64,000 nt of DNA from Podarcis filfolensis (Eukaryota): NCBI GenBank assembly GCA_964270895.1, contig OZ185437.1. The stretch is one strand, 5' to 3'. Below, piece after piece: positions 49,689-61,392 of the stretch. Under the pieces are notes generated by a model. It saw nothing but the letters and a program-made list of their open reading frames with translations, was not told where the DNA came from and did not search any database. Each line of letters opens with the position of its first letter. Within the stretch, counting starts at the first letter, position 1. The position numbers were made by a program, and so were the translations under genes.

Positions 49689-50639
49689 GGAAAAACTTAT
49701 ATTAAACCAAACTTTTAAATTGTTGAAAATTTCTTAACTTGGGTGGTGTTCAACTAAATTTTACTCAGAGTAGACCCACTTGAAATTGGTAGCCCATTAG
49801 GTCTTCTCTGAGTAAAACATCATTGAATACCACTCCCTGTCATTACTGTTATGTTATATACACACTTGCACAACTTTCAGTTGCACACTAATTACTTTTT
49901 CATATGGGGGCAGATAGCTTCAGCAACTGGCAGCAGTTGTGGGTACAGGTAGGGTGCAGAAAACTGGTAAGTAGTTTCCCTTGTCCTGATGCATTTTGCA
50001 AAGAAGATTATTTCCCTGCATTTCTGTTGGTGTATCATCATTATCTCAGAATACCTTGTATATATTGGGTAGATATTCTGTTTCTGAATTCAAGCCGAAG
50101 GTACTGCTGAAAAGCTTGGGAGTAGTGCATGTTTACGTGGCTACATTATTAAGCCTTTTAAACCAAACCACAGGCTAAGCATTTATATAGACATAATGTT
50201 GTTGTGTCTCCAAGTCATAGTTTGAAGCATAAGGAGCTCAGTTCCATGGTTTGCCATTAAAGGTGATCTAGGCAAACTTTGGTTTGCACAACTCATAGTT
50301 TGACGAGTTTGGTTGTAATAGCAAACAATGGCTTGCTGAGAGATAAAAACGGAAGGGTAGGAAGGGTGGCTGGAATATACAAATTGCAAGGTTTGTTCAT
50401 GTAATGTCCAATGAAGTCTCAATGTGGATGGAAAATAGAGCTAGAAGCTTGATGGTCACTTTTGCTGGCTTGTGTCATTTTCCATTTTGTGTAATAAGAC
50501 TTTCATATCGATTGTGATACTGTTCTTTCTCATAGTTTAAGGAGCCAGCATTTCATTGTGATAGACTAGGAGTTGTGAGCAAGGTAGTATTTTGTTCAGA
50601 TTGCGAAGCATAATCATTGTCAGCAGAGAGCTTCCTTGC

Positions 50640-51070
50640 ACACTTTCCTCACATTCAGTCGTCTGGTTTGCATATGACATTAATTAAACCATGGCTTAAT
50701 GTTATGTGTGAATCCCGCCCAGGAGTTTAACTATGGTTAAAGGTTGCTCAGTAACCAAGGTTTATAGTTGGTTTATTTATCTTTGTTAATGTTGACCATA
50801 TCTTAGTGTTACCTTTGAATCTAGACTATGGTTAAGAAGCCATCACCACCCAAAAATATAGAGGTGCAAATGAAGATCAGTAGAAAATTCAAACCACCCA
50901 CAAAGTTCTGCTGCTCTTGCAAGTAGTTCTAACTATCCTATGATGTAATAAACAAAGGTTTAAATATCATCTGCCAGATGCCTCAGATTTAACCATGGCT
51001 TGTTAACCATGGTTAATGTTAACTACATTTATCATTAGCCATGGTTTAATGTTAATGTATAAACCACGGG
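50640..51070. repeat. Palindromic AACCATGGTT-rich dispersed element
   Basis: Repeated AACCATGG(C/T)T motifs at both ends; a relative lies at ~41040-41110. Confidence 0.5.
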
Positions 51071-51128
51071 AAATGCAGAAGAGTTGTAGTGCATGGTATT
51101 AGTAGTGTTCATCACTTGGAAATACATA

Positions 51129-51862
51129 CCGTATTTTTTGCACCACAACACTCACTTTTTTCCTCCTAGAAAGTAAGGGGAAATGTCTGTGCGTGTTATG
51201 GAGCGAATGCCTACGGATGGCGGGGCGATCTGCTGCAGTCGTGAGCAGAGGATCCATGGTTCCCCTTCCTTCCCTCCTCCGTGGCTCACTTTGAAACAGC
51301 AAAGCGGGAGAAGAGCAGCTGAGTGGGGAGGAGAGAGGGACAGAGAGCCTGCTTGCTTTAAAGGAGCAAAGCGGGAGAGGAGAGGAGCCTTCTCCTCTTA
51401 TACCCCTCTTCTGCATTATTAACAGCATCCTTCTCCACCCACCCCATGCGTGTCCCTTGTCCCTTGAGTGCTTTTCCTTCCCTCCCCACTTAAAACGTGG
51501 TTACAAAGCACAGATCCACATGGATCCTCAGGATTTTTGCACTGGGTCACCCCAAATTCACCATCAGATCACATAGTATGTCCATGGCTACAGCTTGCAC
51601 CAAAAAAATCACGCACCCACTGTTGCCTGGGGCCGCAGTGGTGCAAAAACGTGGTTACAAAGCATGGATCCACATGGATTCTCAGGATTTTTGCATTGGG
51701 CTACCCCAAACTCACCGTCAGATCACATGTCTGTGGCCACAGCATGAACCACAAAAATCATACATCCGCTGTTTCGTTTAGAATATTTTTTTTCTTGTTT
51801 TCCTCCTCTAAAAACTATGTGCATGTTATGGTCGGCTGCGTGTTATAGAGCGAAAAATACGG
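51129..51862. mobile_element. Tc1/mariner (pogo/Tigger-like) MITE, 734 bp
   Basis: TIR CCGTATTTTT...AAAAATACGG with TA on both flanks; internal ~155-bp direct duplication (AAACGTGGTTACAAAGCA...CAGATCACAT at ~51492 and ~51647). Confidence 0.85.
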
Positions 51863-54800
51863 TATATCCTATTTTATATTCAGCAGTAATGTTTTAATTT
51901 TGCATTTAAATCAGAAACCAAGTAAGTACCTAATTTAGGAGTTGTTGCCCTCAGCAGCTAGCAAAATAACCTCAGTTTTGTGCTGTAATTTATGGCCAGA
52001 CATGGAATAATACTTACTGTGTTGAAGCGACTGTGAAGCCTGGTGCAAAGTGAGTGAATGGCCCTGCCACTTTTTCTGAAGAGTGGAATTATTCTTTTAG
52101 ATCACTTTGGATTTTGAGGGTTGTTAGAAGTGGTGAGAGATATTCTTACTGCTTCTGACCACACCAAAGCTGAGACAAAGTGCAGATAGAACCATAACCT
52201 CCCCTTGAATCTTTTAGAATGTGTCAAATGATTTGGGCCACAATGTGCTGTAAAGCACCTTGGAAGCACCTTGCTTCTACTTCCAAGTGTCTGTAAAGCA
52301 AGGCCTAACATGAAAGTCTGAGCACCTTCTCTTCTTCTGTGTGTGTCCAAGGACTGGAACTGGGAAGGGGGTTGAGAGCACGACAGTTACTGTTTTTAAA
52401 TCTCTTCCTTTGAAATTGTTACCCTAAAGCATGGGGTTTTTTTAATGTAATGGGCTTCTTCTTTAGCCTTGCATTCCTCTTGGAGTGCCATGAGTAGGCA
52501 TTTGGACCATACACACAAGTTGTAGCAGCTTGGTGGCAACTGTCAAAAGTGCACCCACCAAATGGGGATTGGGAAAACTGGGCTCTATTACGGGGTCCCT
52601 GAGGACAGGAGAACTGTGCATACCATGGGCTAGATGAAGTCCATTTGGACTTAACTGGAGAGTTTCAGAAAACTAAATGTTTTTATCTGGTTTTGCAACC
52701 ATGTTTTCCAATTTTTTTTTAGTCATGAATGCTTAAAACAAACCTTTATAAAAGCTTATCTGGGTCCCCACAAGCCTCTTGTCCAGACGCTGTTTTCTGT
52801 GCCTTTTAACCCCTACTGCTTCTCCATTGTTTTGTTTTCTTCAACAACCATGAACATTGGTGCCACAGAGTGATAAAAAAGTTAAGCTGTGTTTATCATG
52901 ATTGTAAAAATAGTACATCTGCATCAAGAACTATGTTTTGTTTTTCATGCACTTAGTTTTGTTCCATTTGTTTTGTTTTCTACCTCATTTTCTACTTTTA
53001 TAAATAAAGTTTTTGAAAATAAAAATGAACAATGTTTTGCTACAATGGTGACTGTTGAAATTGTTTGGCAGACTGGTGTTCAGTAGCATGCACAGTTTCC
53101 TGATGACCTATGTAAGTTGCACATCTTGGCACTTCTTCTGGATTCGCAATTACCATTTGGAATATGTCTTTTCTTCTTGCCAGATACAATTCATGCCATT
53201 GCCAGAAGCGTTTACCAAATCATGCAAGAAAGCTGTAGTTAACAGTTTAACAGACCTTTAGATGTAGAAAGATCTTGTGGACGGTTTGCAGATGTATTCA
53301 CTGTACACTTTGTCAGATTATTAGAATTCGGTTTATACAGTATATGATTGTTTTGGGAGTAGGCGAATATTGGAAGCTGGCTTTTAGATTTATATGTAGA
53401 TACATAGTTATACAGAAGAAATAACAATACTTGATTTATTTCATCACATCACAATCAGGCATGACTCAAAATCAGAATCCAGTGCAGAATTTTGCAGGTA
53501 GAGGCTGGCTCGAGTCTCAGGGTCATCTATTAAGTTCAGTGGGACAAAGTACACAGGTTTCAACATGAGCTGAGAAGCAGCAAACCCTGATATCATCAGG
53601 GCAGATGGGTAGATTAACCCATTTCCTAGTTGTGTCACTGAGTATTTGCCTAACATCACCATAAAACAGAATTTGGTGCAGGGACCTCATCAGATGTTCT
53701 CTAATGCCGCCATGGGAGGGAGGGCCCTTAAGGTCAATATATATTCACATTGGTGAAACATGAAAACTGCCCACATTACAAGGTAATTTTGCTTTGCTTG
53801 CTGGGAAATGGGCGTATATTCTCTTTCCTGGTCTCCTCTCAAGGAACATATGGAAACATATGGTGCAACAGCCAAGTGCAGTCTTAATTCAAAACTTTGC
53901 CAGTGAAAATCAAAATGCACAAATCTGTGGTAGCTAAGTTTTAGAGAGAGTAAATTATTGAAGCTCCATTATAGTTCTTTCTGCTTGTAAAATGGTACTC
54001 TGGAACTATGGTTATAGTGTTTTCAAGTGGAAAGTTACATTTGTACAGAAGGAATGATTGGATGAAATCATGTTAGTGCAAAGTTAGCATTTTACATTTT
54101 ACATGCAAGTGAGCTTCCTGCTTGAAATCTTTAGTGCCTGTCAATTTGAAGTTAGAGGTGTTTTGTGTGCAGATCTTAAGCTTGTTCATTTGCTAGTTTT
54201 CTTCTAGATGAGCCAGTGTAGACTCTCAAAGCTTTGTCGGATAAAGAAAACCACAGTATTTCAAATGTTTGAAATAATTTCTTTCCACACCAGGAATTAA
54301 CTATACCACCTCATTTAATGTAACCAACTGTTCATTTTCAACATGGTGGTGACTTATTTTATGGAAAGAATAGCAATTTTCATTCCTTATTGGAAAGAGA
54401 TTTACTTTAAAAGGGAAAGAGGATAGGAAATGAAATTTTTAAGTCTACCTCAACATTGTGTAGCTTGGAATGTTGTTGCCAGAAACAGTGTGGATTACTT
54501 GCCCCATGTAGATTACTTTTATGGCTCTCTACAGAAATATTTATTTTCCCTTTCCCTTCCTAGTGGAAGTAGTGTTCTGTGGAATTCAAAAACTCACAAA
54601 CTGCTTGAATTTTGGTTGTTTCTAATAAAACTTCTGTTTTACTGTTACTGATTGAAATTTATTTTTCTATCCAATTACAACTGTTTCTGCATTTACTGCT
54701 ATGGGTGTTTAATAACCAATGGGGTGTCATTCTGTTTCAAAATGTCGTTTTTCATTTCATTCTCATATTCATATCACACAAGCTTGTAAAAAATTCCTCA

Positions 54801-55420
54801 ATATGGTTTACAATTAAAAAGACAATGCAGAATTGCATGTTAGATAATAGTGATTCCAGTCTGTTGTTGTTTTCGGATGGGATTTTGTCACATACTGGCA
54901 GATTCAGGTTGTGCAGTTAACTTGACTTGGAGCTCCTGCATCCACTTCCACAGAAGACTGGACTTTTTATAATAAGGAAAGAGATGTGGAACTTCATTGG
55001 AAAGTGTGTGATAAGACTTGCTTTGATGCAATGGAGTTTGTCCCTCAGACAAACTAGGATGCATACTCATTAAATAGAAAATATCATCTAATGTCTTTTC
55101 AAACAAATCAGGATGAATGCTTACTAAACAAGTTGTCTGGAAGCAACCTATGTCAAAGAACATGGTTGGACAGTTACAGGCTGAACACATTAGTGGATGT
55201 TATACAGAATAAAGATTCTGATAGTTTCTCCCTGGCTAGAATCTTCTTGGTATATCCTTTTACATTTTTAGATAGACTTCCTGCTGAGTGGATTAAAAGA
55301 GTACTTCATTTTAATGAATCTGGTAAAATGGGCACACATATTTTCATTTGGATATTACAAAAATTTCCTGATCTTGTCACAAGACTACAGTTTCCAATAG
55401 TCAGTAATTGCAACCTACTA

Positions 55421-55626
55421 CAGTGGTACCTTGGGTTACATACGCTTCAGGTTACATACGCTTCAGGTTACAGACTCCACTAACCCAGAAATAGTGCTTC
55501 AGGTTAAGAACAGAAATCGTGCAGCAGGAGGCCCCATTAGCTAAAGTGGTGCTTCAGGTTAAGAACAGTTTCAGGTTAAGTACAGACTTCTGGAACGAAT
55601 TAAGTACTTAACCTGAGGTACCACTG
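55421..55626. mobile_element. Tc1/mariner MITE, copy 3
   Basis: Same TIRs and TA flanks, and same body as 2360-2585. Confidence 0.85.
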
Positions 55627-57265
55627 TATCAATTAATTACAAGAGCTGTGAGGTTTCACTATATTAAATTATTCCAAAACACTAATGCCAAATAGACCTC
55701 TCCTGATTACCTGAATAAACCTATGGAGCAGTGAATTGATCCTGGCTATTAGTTCACTTTCTCCCAGACAGTGGTATAGCAAGAGCAAGGATAAACAAGG
55801 GTGATGTGCTGCCACTTTTTAAAGCAGTTAATGATATCATCTCCTGGGTGCTTTTTGCCATTTCTCAGCATGAGAAACCAACAACAAACCAGGCCGAGGC
55901 AGATTATATTAACTACTACTTTTGTTTTGAAAAGTCAAAAATCATTTTATTATGACCAACCAGAATGCCACAAAATGATAACTTTTGAATCCCCCAGGAT
56001 GAATGTCAAACAAAGGGGGTAGGGAGAGAATGCACCTGACAAAAATTCCCTTTTGTTGTATAATTTTAGAAGTGGTCATGGCTATTGAAGGGTTGCAGTG
56101 CAGAGCACCAACACTTCAAACTCTAGCACTATAACAGTGGTCCCAGACACCCTCTTCAGTCAAGGCCTCTTTGCTTTTTGGAAAAAGGCAATGGCCAGAT
56201 GCGTAAGGGGTGCTAATATAGAAAGAGCAATTTTGACCATTAAAATGACAACTGCTATATAATGGAGCAACTACACTTAAAATTTAGAGTGGTAAGAAGT
56301 GTTTTTTTTAAAGCAATGCAAGAAGAAAGCTGCTTTTGATCCTTCCTTTCAGGTTCAGAGCTGACAACCCTTTCTCATGCCCTTAGATAGGATCTCCCCT
56401 AGTGTGCTTTTTGGATGCCACAGCTGATACTGAATGCAGTGTTACTTCCTCTGTCAGAGGTGGGTTCTTAGAATCATGTTGACAAAAATGTTCTCCAGCC
56501 ATTGGCTTTTCAGACTTAAAGTTACAACTCAGGGTGCTGATTTTGGTGTGCAAAGCATTAAGTAGCTTGGGCACTGTGTGCCTACAATAACTCTCTCTTC
56601 CTTGTTTGCTGCTTTAATTTCCAAGATCAGCAGCATGTATGCTTTTGACCTATACCATCTCTGCCAAGTTCATATGACAAAGAAGTGGAAAGACATTCTT
56701 GGTGGTTGCCCCAAAATGTAGGCTATGTTCCCATTGGTGACATGCCTAAAACCAAAGCCAGGCATCTTCCCAAAGCAATTCAAGACCTTTGGGTAAAAAG
56801 CAAACAAACAACCTAGTGAGTTTTAAAGGGTATTTTTTAAAATTGTGAGTAAAGAGAGGATGTGATTTTTCTTTCAAACTATTATAAGAACCCTTGTGGC
56901 TTCTTATATTGGAACACGTGCATTCTGTATTTCTGCTTGTTGAGAAGCCAGAGAAAGTATAACTTGATCTATGAGCCACGTTTGGTAAATACTAGTTTTG
57001 TGAATACATTAAGTTCTACTGTTAACAGAAAAACACTATACCAGATATGTAGTTTATTTTCCCCTCTTCATTTCAAATTGTTAGGCAGGATTAATGACCC
57101 GTAAACTCGTTCTCACTGTGATCTGATAATGTTTGTTGGTCTTAACTTGCTCTTCTTGTTGAAATGTTTCAATAAAATGGTTTCTCAAAATCTTCTGTAG
57201 AATGTAAGTATTCAAAATATTTCCTACTACCCGCTGCTACTTAGCATGACTGTTGCTGCCTAATC

Positions 57266-57586
57266 CATGGGTAGGCAAACCGGCCCGGGGGCCGGATCTG
57301 GCCCAATCACCTTCTAAATCTGGCCCACAGACGGTCTGGGAATCAGCGTGTTTTTACATGAGTAGAATATGTCCTTTTATTTAAAATGCATCTCTGGGTT
57401 ATTTGTGGGGACTGCCTGGCGTTTTTACATGAGTAGAATGTGTGCTTTTATTTAAAATACATCTCTGGGTTATTTGTGGGGCATAGGAATTTGTTCATTT
57501 CCCCACCCAAAATATATTCCGGCCCCCCACACGGTCTGAGGGACACAGTGAACTGGCCCCCTGCTGAAAAAGTTTGCTGACCCCTA
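57266..57586. mobile_element. hAT MITE
   Basis: TIR CATGGGTAGGCAAAC...GTTTGCTGACCCCTA; 8-bp TSD GCCTAATC/GCCTAATG; internal ~70-bp tandem duplication (GTTTTTACATGAGTAGAAT...TTATTTGTGGGG). Confidence 0.85.
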
Positions 57587-57770
57587 GCCTAATGTACGGG
57601 AGCATTTCATTTGAATATAAAGCCCACCCAAATTCCCAAATGATCTTGAAAAATTGTCTTGTGAATTTCTTCTCACTGTACTAGCTTGGTGGATTTGGGA
57701 AAAAGTGACACCCCTGCCTTATCACATTTCCTCCATCAAAGGTTTTTTGATATATACTACCTCTTCTAAA

Positions 57771-58039
57771 TGGAAGGACAGATCGTGAAGCTGAGGCTCC
57801 AATACTTTGGCCACCTCATGAGAAGAGAAGACTCCCTGGAAAAGACCCTGATGTTGGGAAAGATAGAGGGCACAAGGAGAAGGGGACGACAGAGGACAAG
57901 ATGGTTGGACAGTGTCATTGAAGCTACAAACATGAGTCTGACCAAACTGCGGGAGGCAGTGGAAGACAGGAGTGCCTGGCGTGCTCTGGTCCATGGGATC
58001 ACAAAGAGTCGGACACGACTAAACGACTAAACAACAACA
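57771..58039 (+). mobile_element. Bov-B LINE, short 5'-truncated copy
   Basis: Nearly identical to 28184-28448; (CAA)n tail; 12-bp TSD ACCTCTTCTAAA at 57759-57770 and 58040-58051. Confidence 0.93.
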
Positions 58040-59143
58040 ACCTCTTCTAAAAAGAATCGGGAGTTACAAGAGACTAGTGTACTAGAAGGCTAATGCATTC
58101 ACAGATCATTTTTTTTCAACCTTTTAACAGTAGACACTGTGGGAAGTGAGTGAGTAGCAAAGGAACAATGAGGAGAGGTGTTAAATCTTTTTACCACCTC
58201 CACCTTGTGATTCCACTAAACACCCTGACACTGCTATTAGCCCTGGAAGGAAGTTTATTTGGTACCAATGGAAGCATCTCTCCCAACCAAGACTAATATC
58301 CTTTCAAGGGGATACTTTTGGAGGGACTATAAGGATTACAAAGGAGCAACATTTCACCTCACGCATTTCAACATCACAACTGTTTTGGCTCTGCATGTTG
58401 GAAGAAACAGTGCAGATGATCTGTATTTGAAGATAGGACTGTTCTCTTGTTGTTCCCTCAAGTATGTTTGCTTGGGGTTTCATAAGTCTGAGTGATATTC
58501 CCATGGTTTTAGCATCTCCAATGTAAGAAGAGGGGGTATGCCTTCCTATCTGAGGGCTACATGGACAAATGTTTTAGATCTGTGAGTAAATACTGTGATA
58601 TTGTTTCTTTCTGCAGCCTGTGCAGTCAATGGGTAGTCCTCCAGCATGCATCCAGGTTGGAAGAAACTGCAGCCCACTTGGCAGGGCTGTAGGCTGTTTC
58701 TGTGACTTGCTGTGTGAGAGAGGCATAAGCAATTTCTGCTGTAAGTTTCTTGTTTTTCACCTGCAGCATTTCAGATTAAGCAATATTTAAGTAACTTCAC
58801 AAATACTGAAGTGTCCAGGCTTTTTAAAATGTATTTGCGAATACATGTGCAAATAGAGTAGCTCAAGAAAAAGCACACTGCAGCTGAAAGCAACATATAA
58901 TATGAAACAATAATGAAATTTGGAACACTGCTTTTTCTATAGTATAGAAAACAGATACTGCTCCTGAAAAAGAGATGTATTAAAAAGTGTTGTATTTGTG
59001 GACAATAGGGATATGATTAGGTGTCAATGCTGTTGACAATGACCATGGTGCTGGTCCTTCCTGCCTCTTAAGTGTGTATGACTATTCTCACTGCCACCTC
59101 CTGGTTCAGAAGGAGTGGTGCAGTTTGTCTGCGTTATGCTGTA

Positions 59144-59377
59144 CAGTGGTACCTCGGTTTACGAATGTTCTGGAAGTCCGTTCTTAAACCAAAACTGTTC
59201 TTAAAGCAAGGAACACTTTCCCTAATGAGGTCTCCCACTGCTGGTGCCCTTCCACTGTTCGGATTCCGTTCTTAGACCGAGGTAAAATTCTCAAACTGGG
59301 ACACTATTTCCGGTTTCGCAGAGCTTGTAAACCGAATTGTTCTTAAACCGGACTGTTCTTAAACCGAGGTACCACTG
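59144..59377. mobile_element. Tc1/mariner MITE, copy 4 (different internal subfamily)
   Basis: CAGTGGTACCTCGG...CCGAGGTACCACTG with TA flanks; internal repeated GTTCTTAAAC motifs. Confidence 0.85.
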
Positions 59378-59931
59378 TATTTGAGGTTGCTTGGAGCACC
59401 CTCTAAGAACAGCCCGGCTACAAGTTCCCCATTCATTCCAGATTTAGGTGAAAGGCTGGACTTAGTCTGAGTTGGGCTGTGTTTTAGAGTCACACCAATA
59501 GACCTTGGAAGTACAGTACAACAAACATGTGCTCCAGTTCTCTTCCTGAAATTAGAGATGGGGAAAGGAATTGTTCCTAACCTTGTGTCATGCCTTAGAA
59601 GCACTCACCACCTCTGAAGCTCAGTGTGATGGCATTCAATGGTTCCTGATAACCAAAGTTTGGCTAGTTACCAAGGCTAGCAAAATAAAAACCAGATCCT
59701 TGGCTACAATCAGTGTAGGATTTATCTTTCTTCTTTTATTTAGTATAATATAGTACTATACAGTACAATCACATATTGCATGCAGTTAACTTGTGCAATT
59801 TCAACCATGCACAGTTGAAAGCTGTCATTGCATGCAAGACAGAGGACCAGGTTTTCCTTGCTTACCAGGCTCAGGGATGCTCTTGTAAGATCTTGCAGGA
59901 ACTCAGACAGCCCCATGAAATCTTGGTAGAG

Positions 59932-60207
59932 CAGGGGTCACCAGCCTATGGCCCAGGGGTCGGATAAGGCCGGAGGGACTCGTTTATCCAGCCTGCAGCG
60001 ACTGCCGCCCGCTCTTACCGATGCAGTGTGGTGTAGTGTGGGGACCCATTTCCAGGTCAGAGGAGCACCGGAAATAGCTTGCACATGCACACGGGCCTCC
60101 TCCGATCTGGATGTGCACCGAAAATAGCATGTGTGTGTGCGCGCGCGCGTACAGGCACACGCTCCCTCACCCTCCGGCCCGAGGCAAGGAAAGCTTGGAG
60201 ACCCCTG
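59932..60207. mobile_element. hAT MITE
   Basis: TIR CAGGGGTC...GACCCCTG; 8-bp TSD TGGTAGAG/TGTTAGAG. Confidence 0.8.
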
Positions 60208-61331
60208 TGTTAGAGCATTCCAGAGCCGAAGGTGAGGATGGTCATGTGGGGGCAGTTCCAAGGTACATGCATTGGGTACATACATTTTTGTTTATATGCA
60301 CCATCCCTGGAATATAAGCCCAATGCAAGATGTGATCATACTGTACTTTTTAATTCTGGTTTTCATTTATGAAAAATTGCATAGGTGATATTGAAAATAA
60401 AATTGAACACTGCATCTTTTAAGACGCTTGTACCTTTGTATAGGAGGGGAGTTGGGCAAACTATCACAATCTTAATAATCCTGAATGAATAGTAAAACAC
60501 TGAAGATTATGATGTGAGTTGTATATCCCCAAGTAGGACATGTGAAAAGAAACAGAAGTAGGCGTTGTGGGAATATCTTACTGGCCTAAACTTGCATACT
60601 GAATATTCTGAAATTGTGAAAATCTAGTTTGCAGGAAGCTTGGGTAGGTCGCAGTATTGTTTGACTACATTCTGAAAGGACATGTAGAATAAGAACAAAA
60701 AACAAACACACAATTCATTCTCATATTTTCCACCAACTTCTGGAGGCTGCTTCAAGCAGCAGTGTTTGCAGTTTGAGGCCTGGAAATGGTTGAGCACTGT
60801 AAAAAGTTTTATAATAGATACCAAGTGAACAAATACAAATTGTTCATACAGTTTTATTTCTAATTTGTCATTTAATTAGTTGGCTGTATTTTCAAACTTC
60901 TTTCTCCAAAAGTGGCAGGTTAAGAAAGTTAATATAAAGATTCATACCAGCAAATGCAGAAAAAAGACATTAGTTCCTCTCTTCTTAACATGCAGTTTTT
61001 TCCTTCTTCCCCATCCCCTTCAATACTGTTTCCTAACTGAAAGATTATTCAGAAAACTAAAAAACAAAGCAGGGAATAAGGGGCACACACACTAGCTTAC
61101 TCATCAGCAAGCCATTGTTAGAAATTAGCCTAGCACGTTTTGCTACTGGCATGGGCCCAATTGTGACTATGTGAAGATTTCTGGGCGCCAAGTTGGCGAC
61201 CACAATTTAAAAACCTCTGCCTTAGTCCGTAGTTAAACCAGTTCCATTCCCACTGTGTGTGTTTCTCCTCCTTGCATACTGGGACAAGTGAATTGTTGCA
61301 AGAGCAAGATACAGTCAAGCAATGTAGTTCA

Positions 61332-61392
61332 TATCGAAGAATTGTAGCCTTGGAAGGTACCCTGAAGATCATGTAGTCCAACCCCTGACGAA
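61332..61392 (-). mobile_element. CR1-type 3' tail fragment
   Basis: GAATTGTAGCCTTGGAAGGTACCCTGAAGATCATGTAGTCCAACCCCTG is the antisense of the CR1/SINE tail. Confidence 0.6.
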
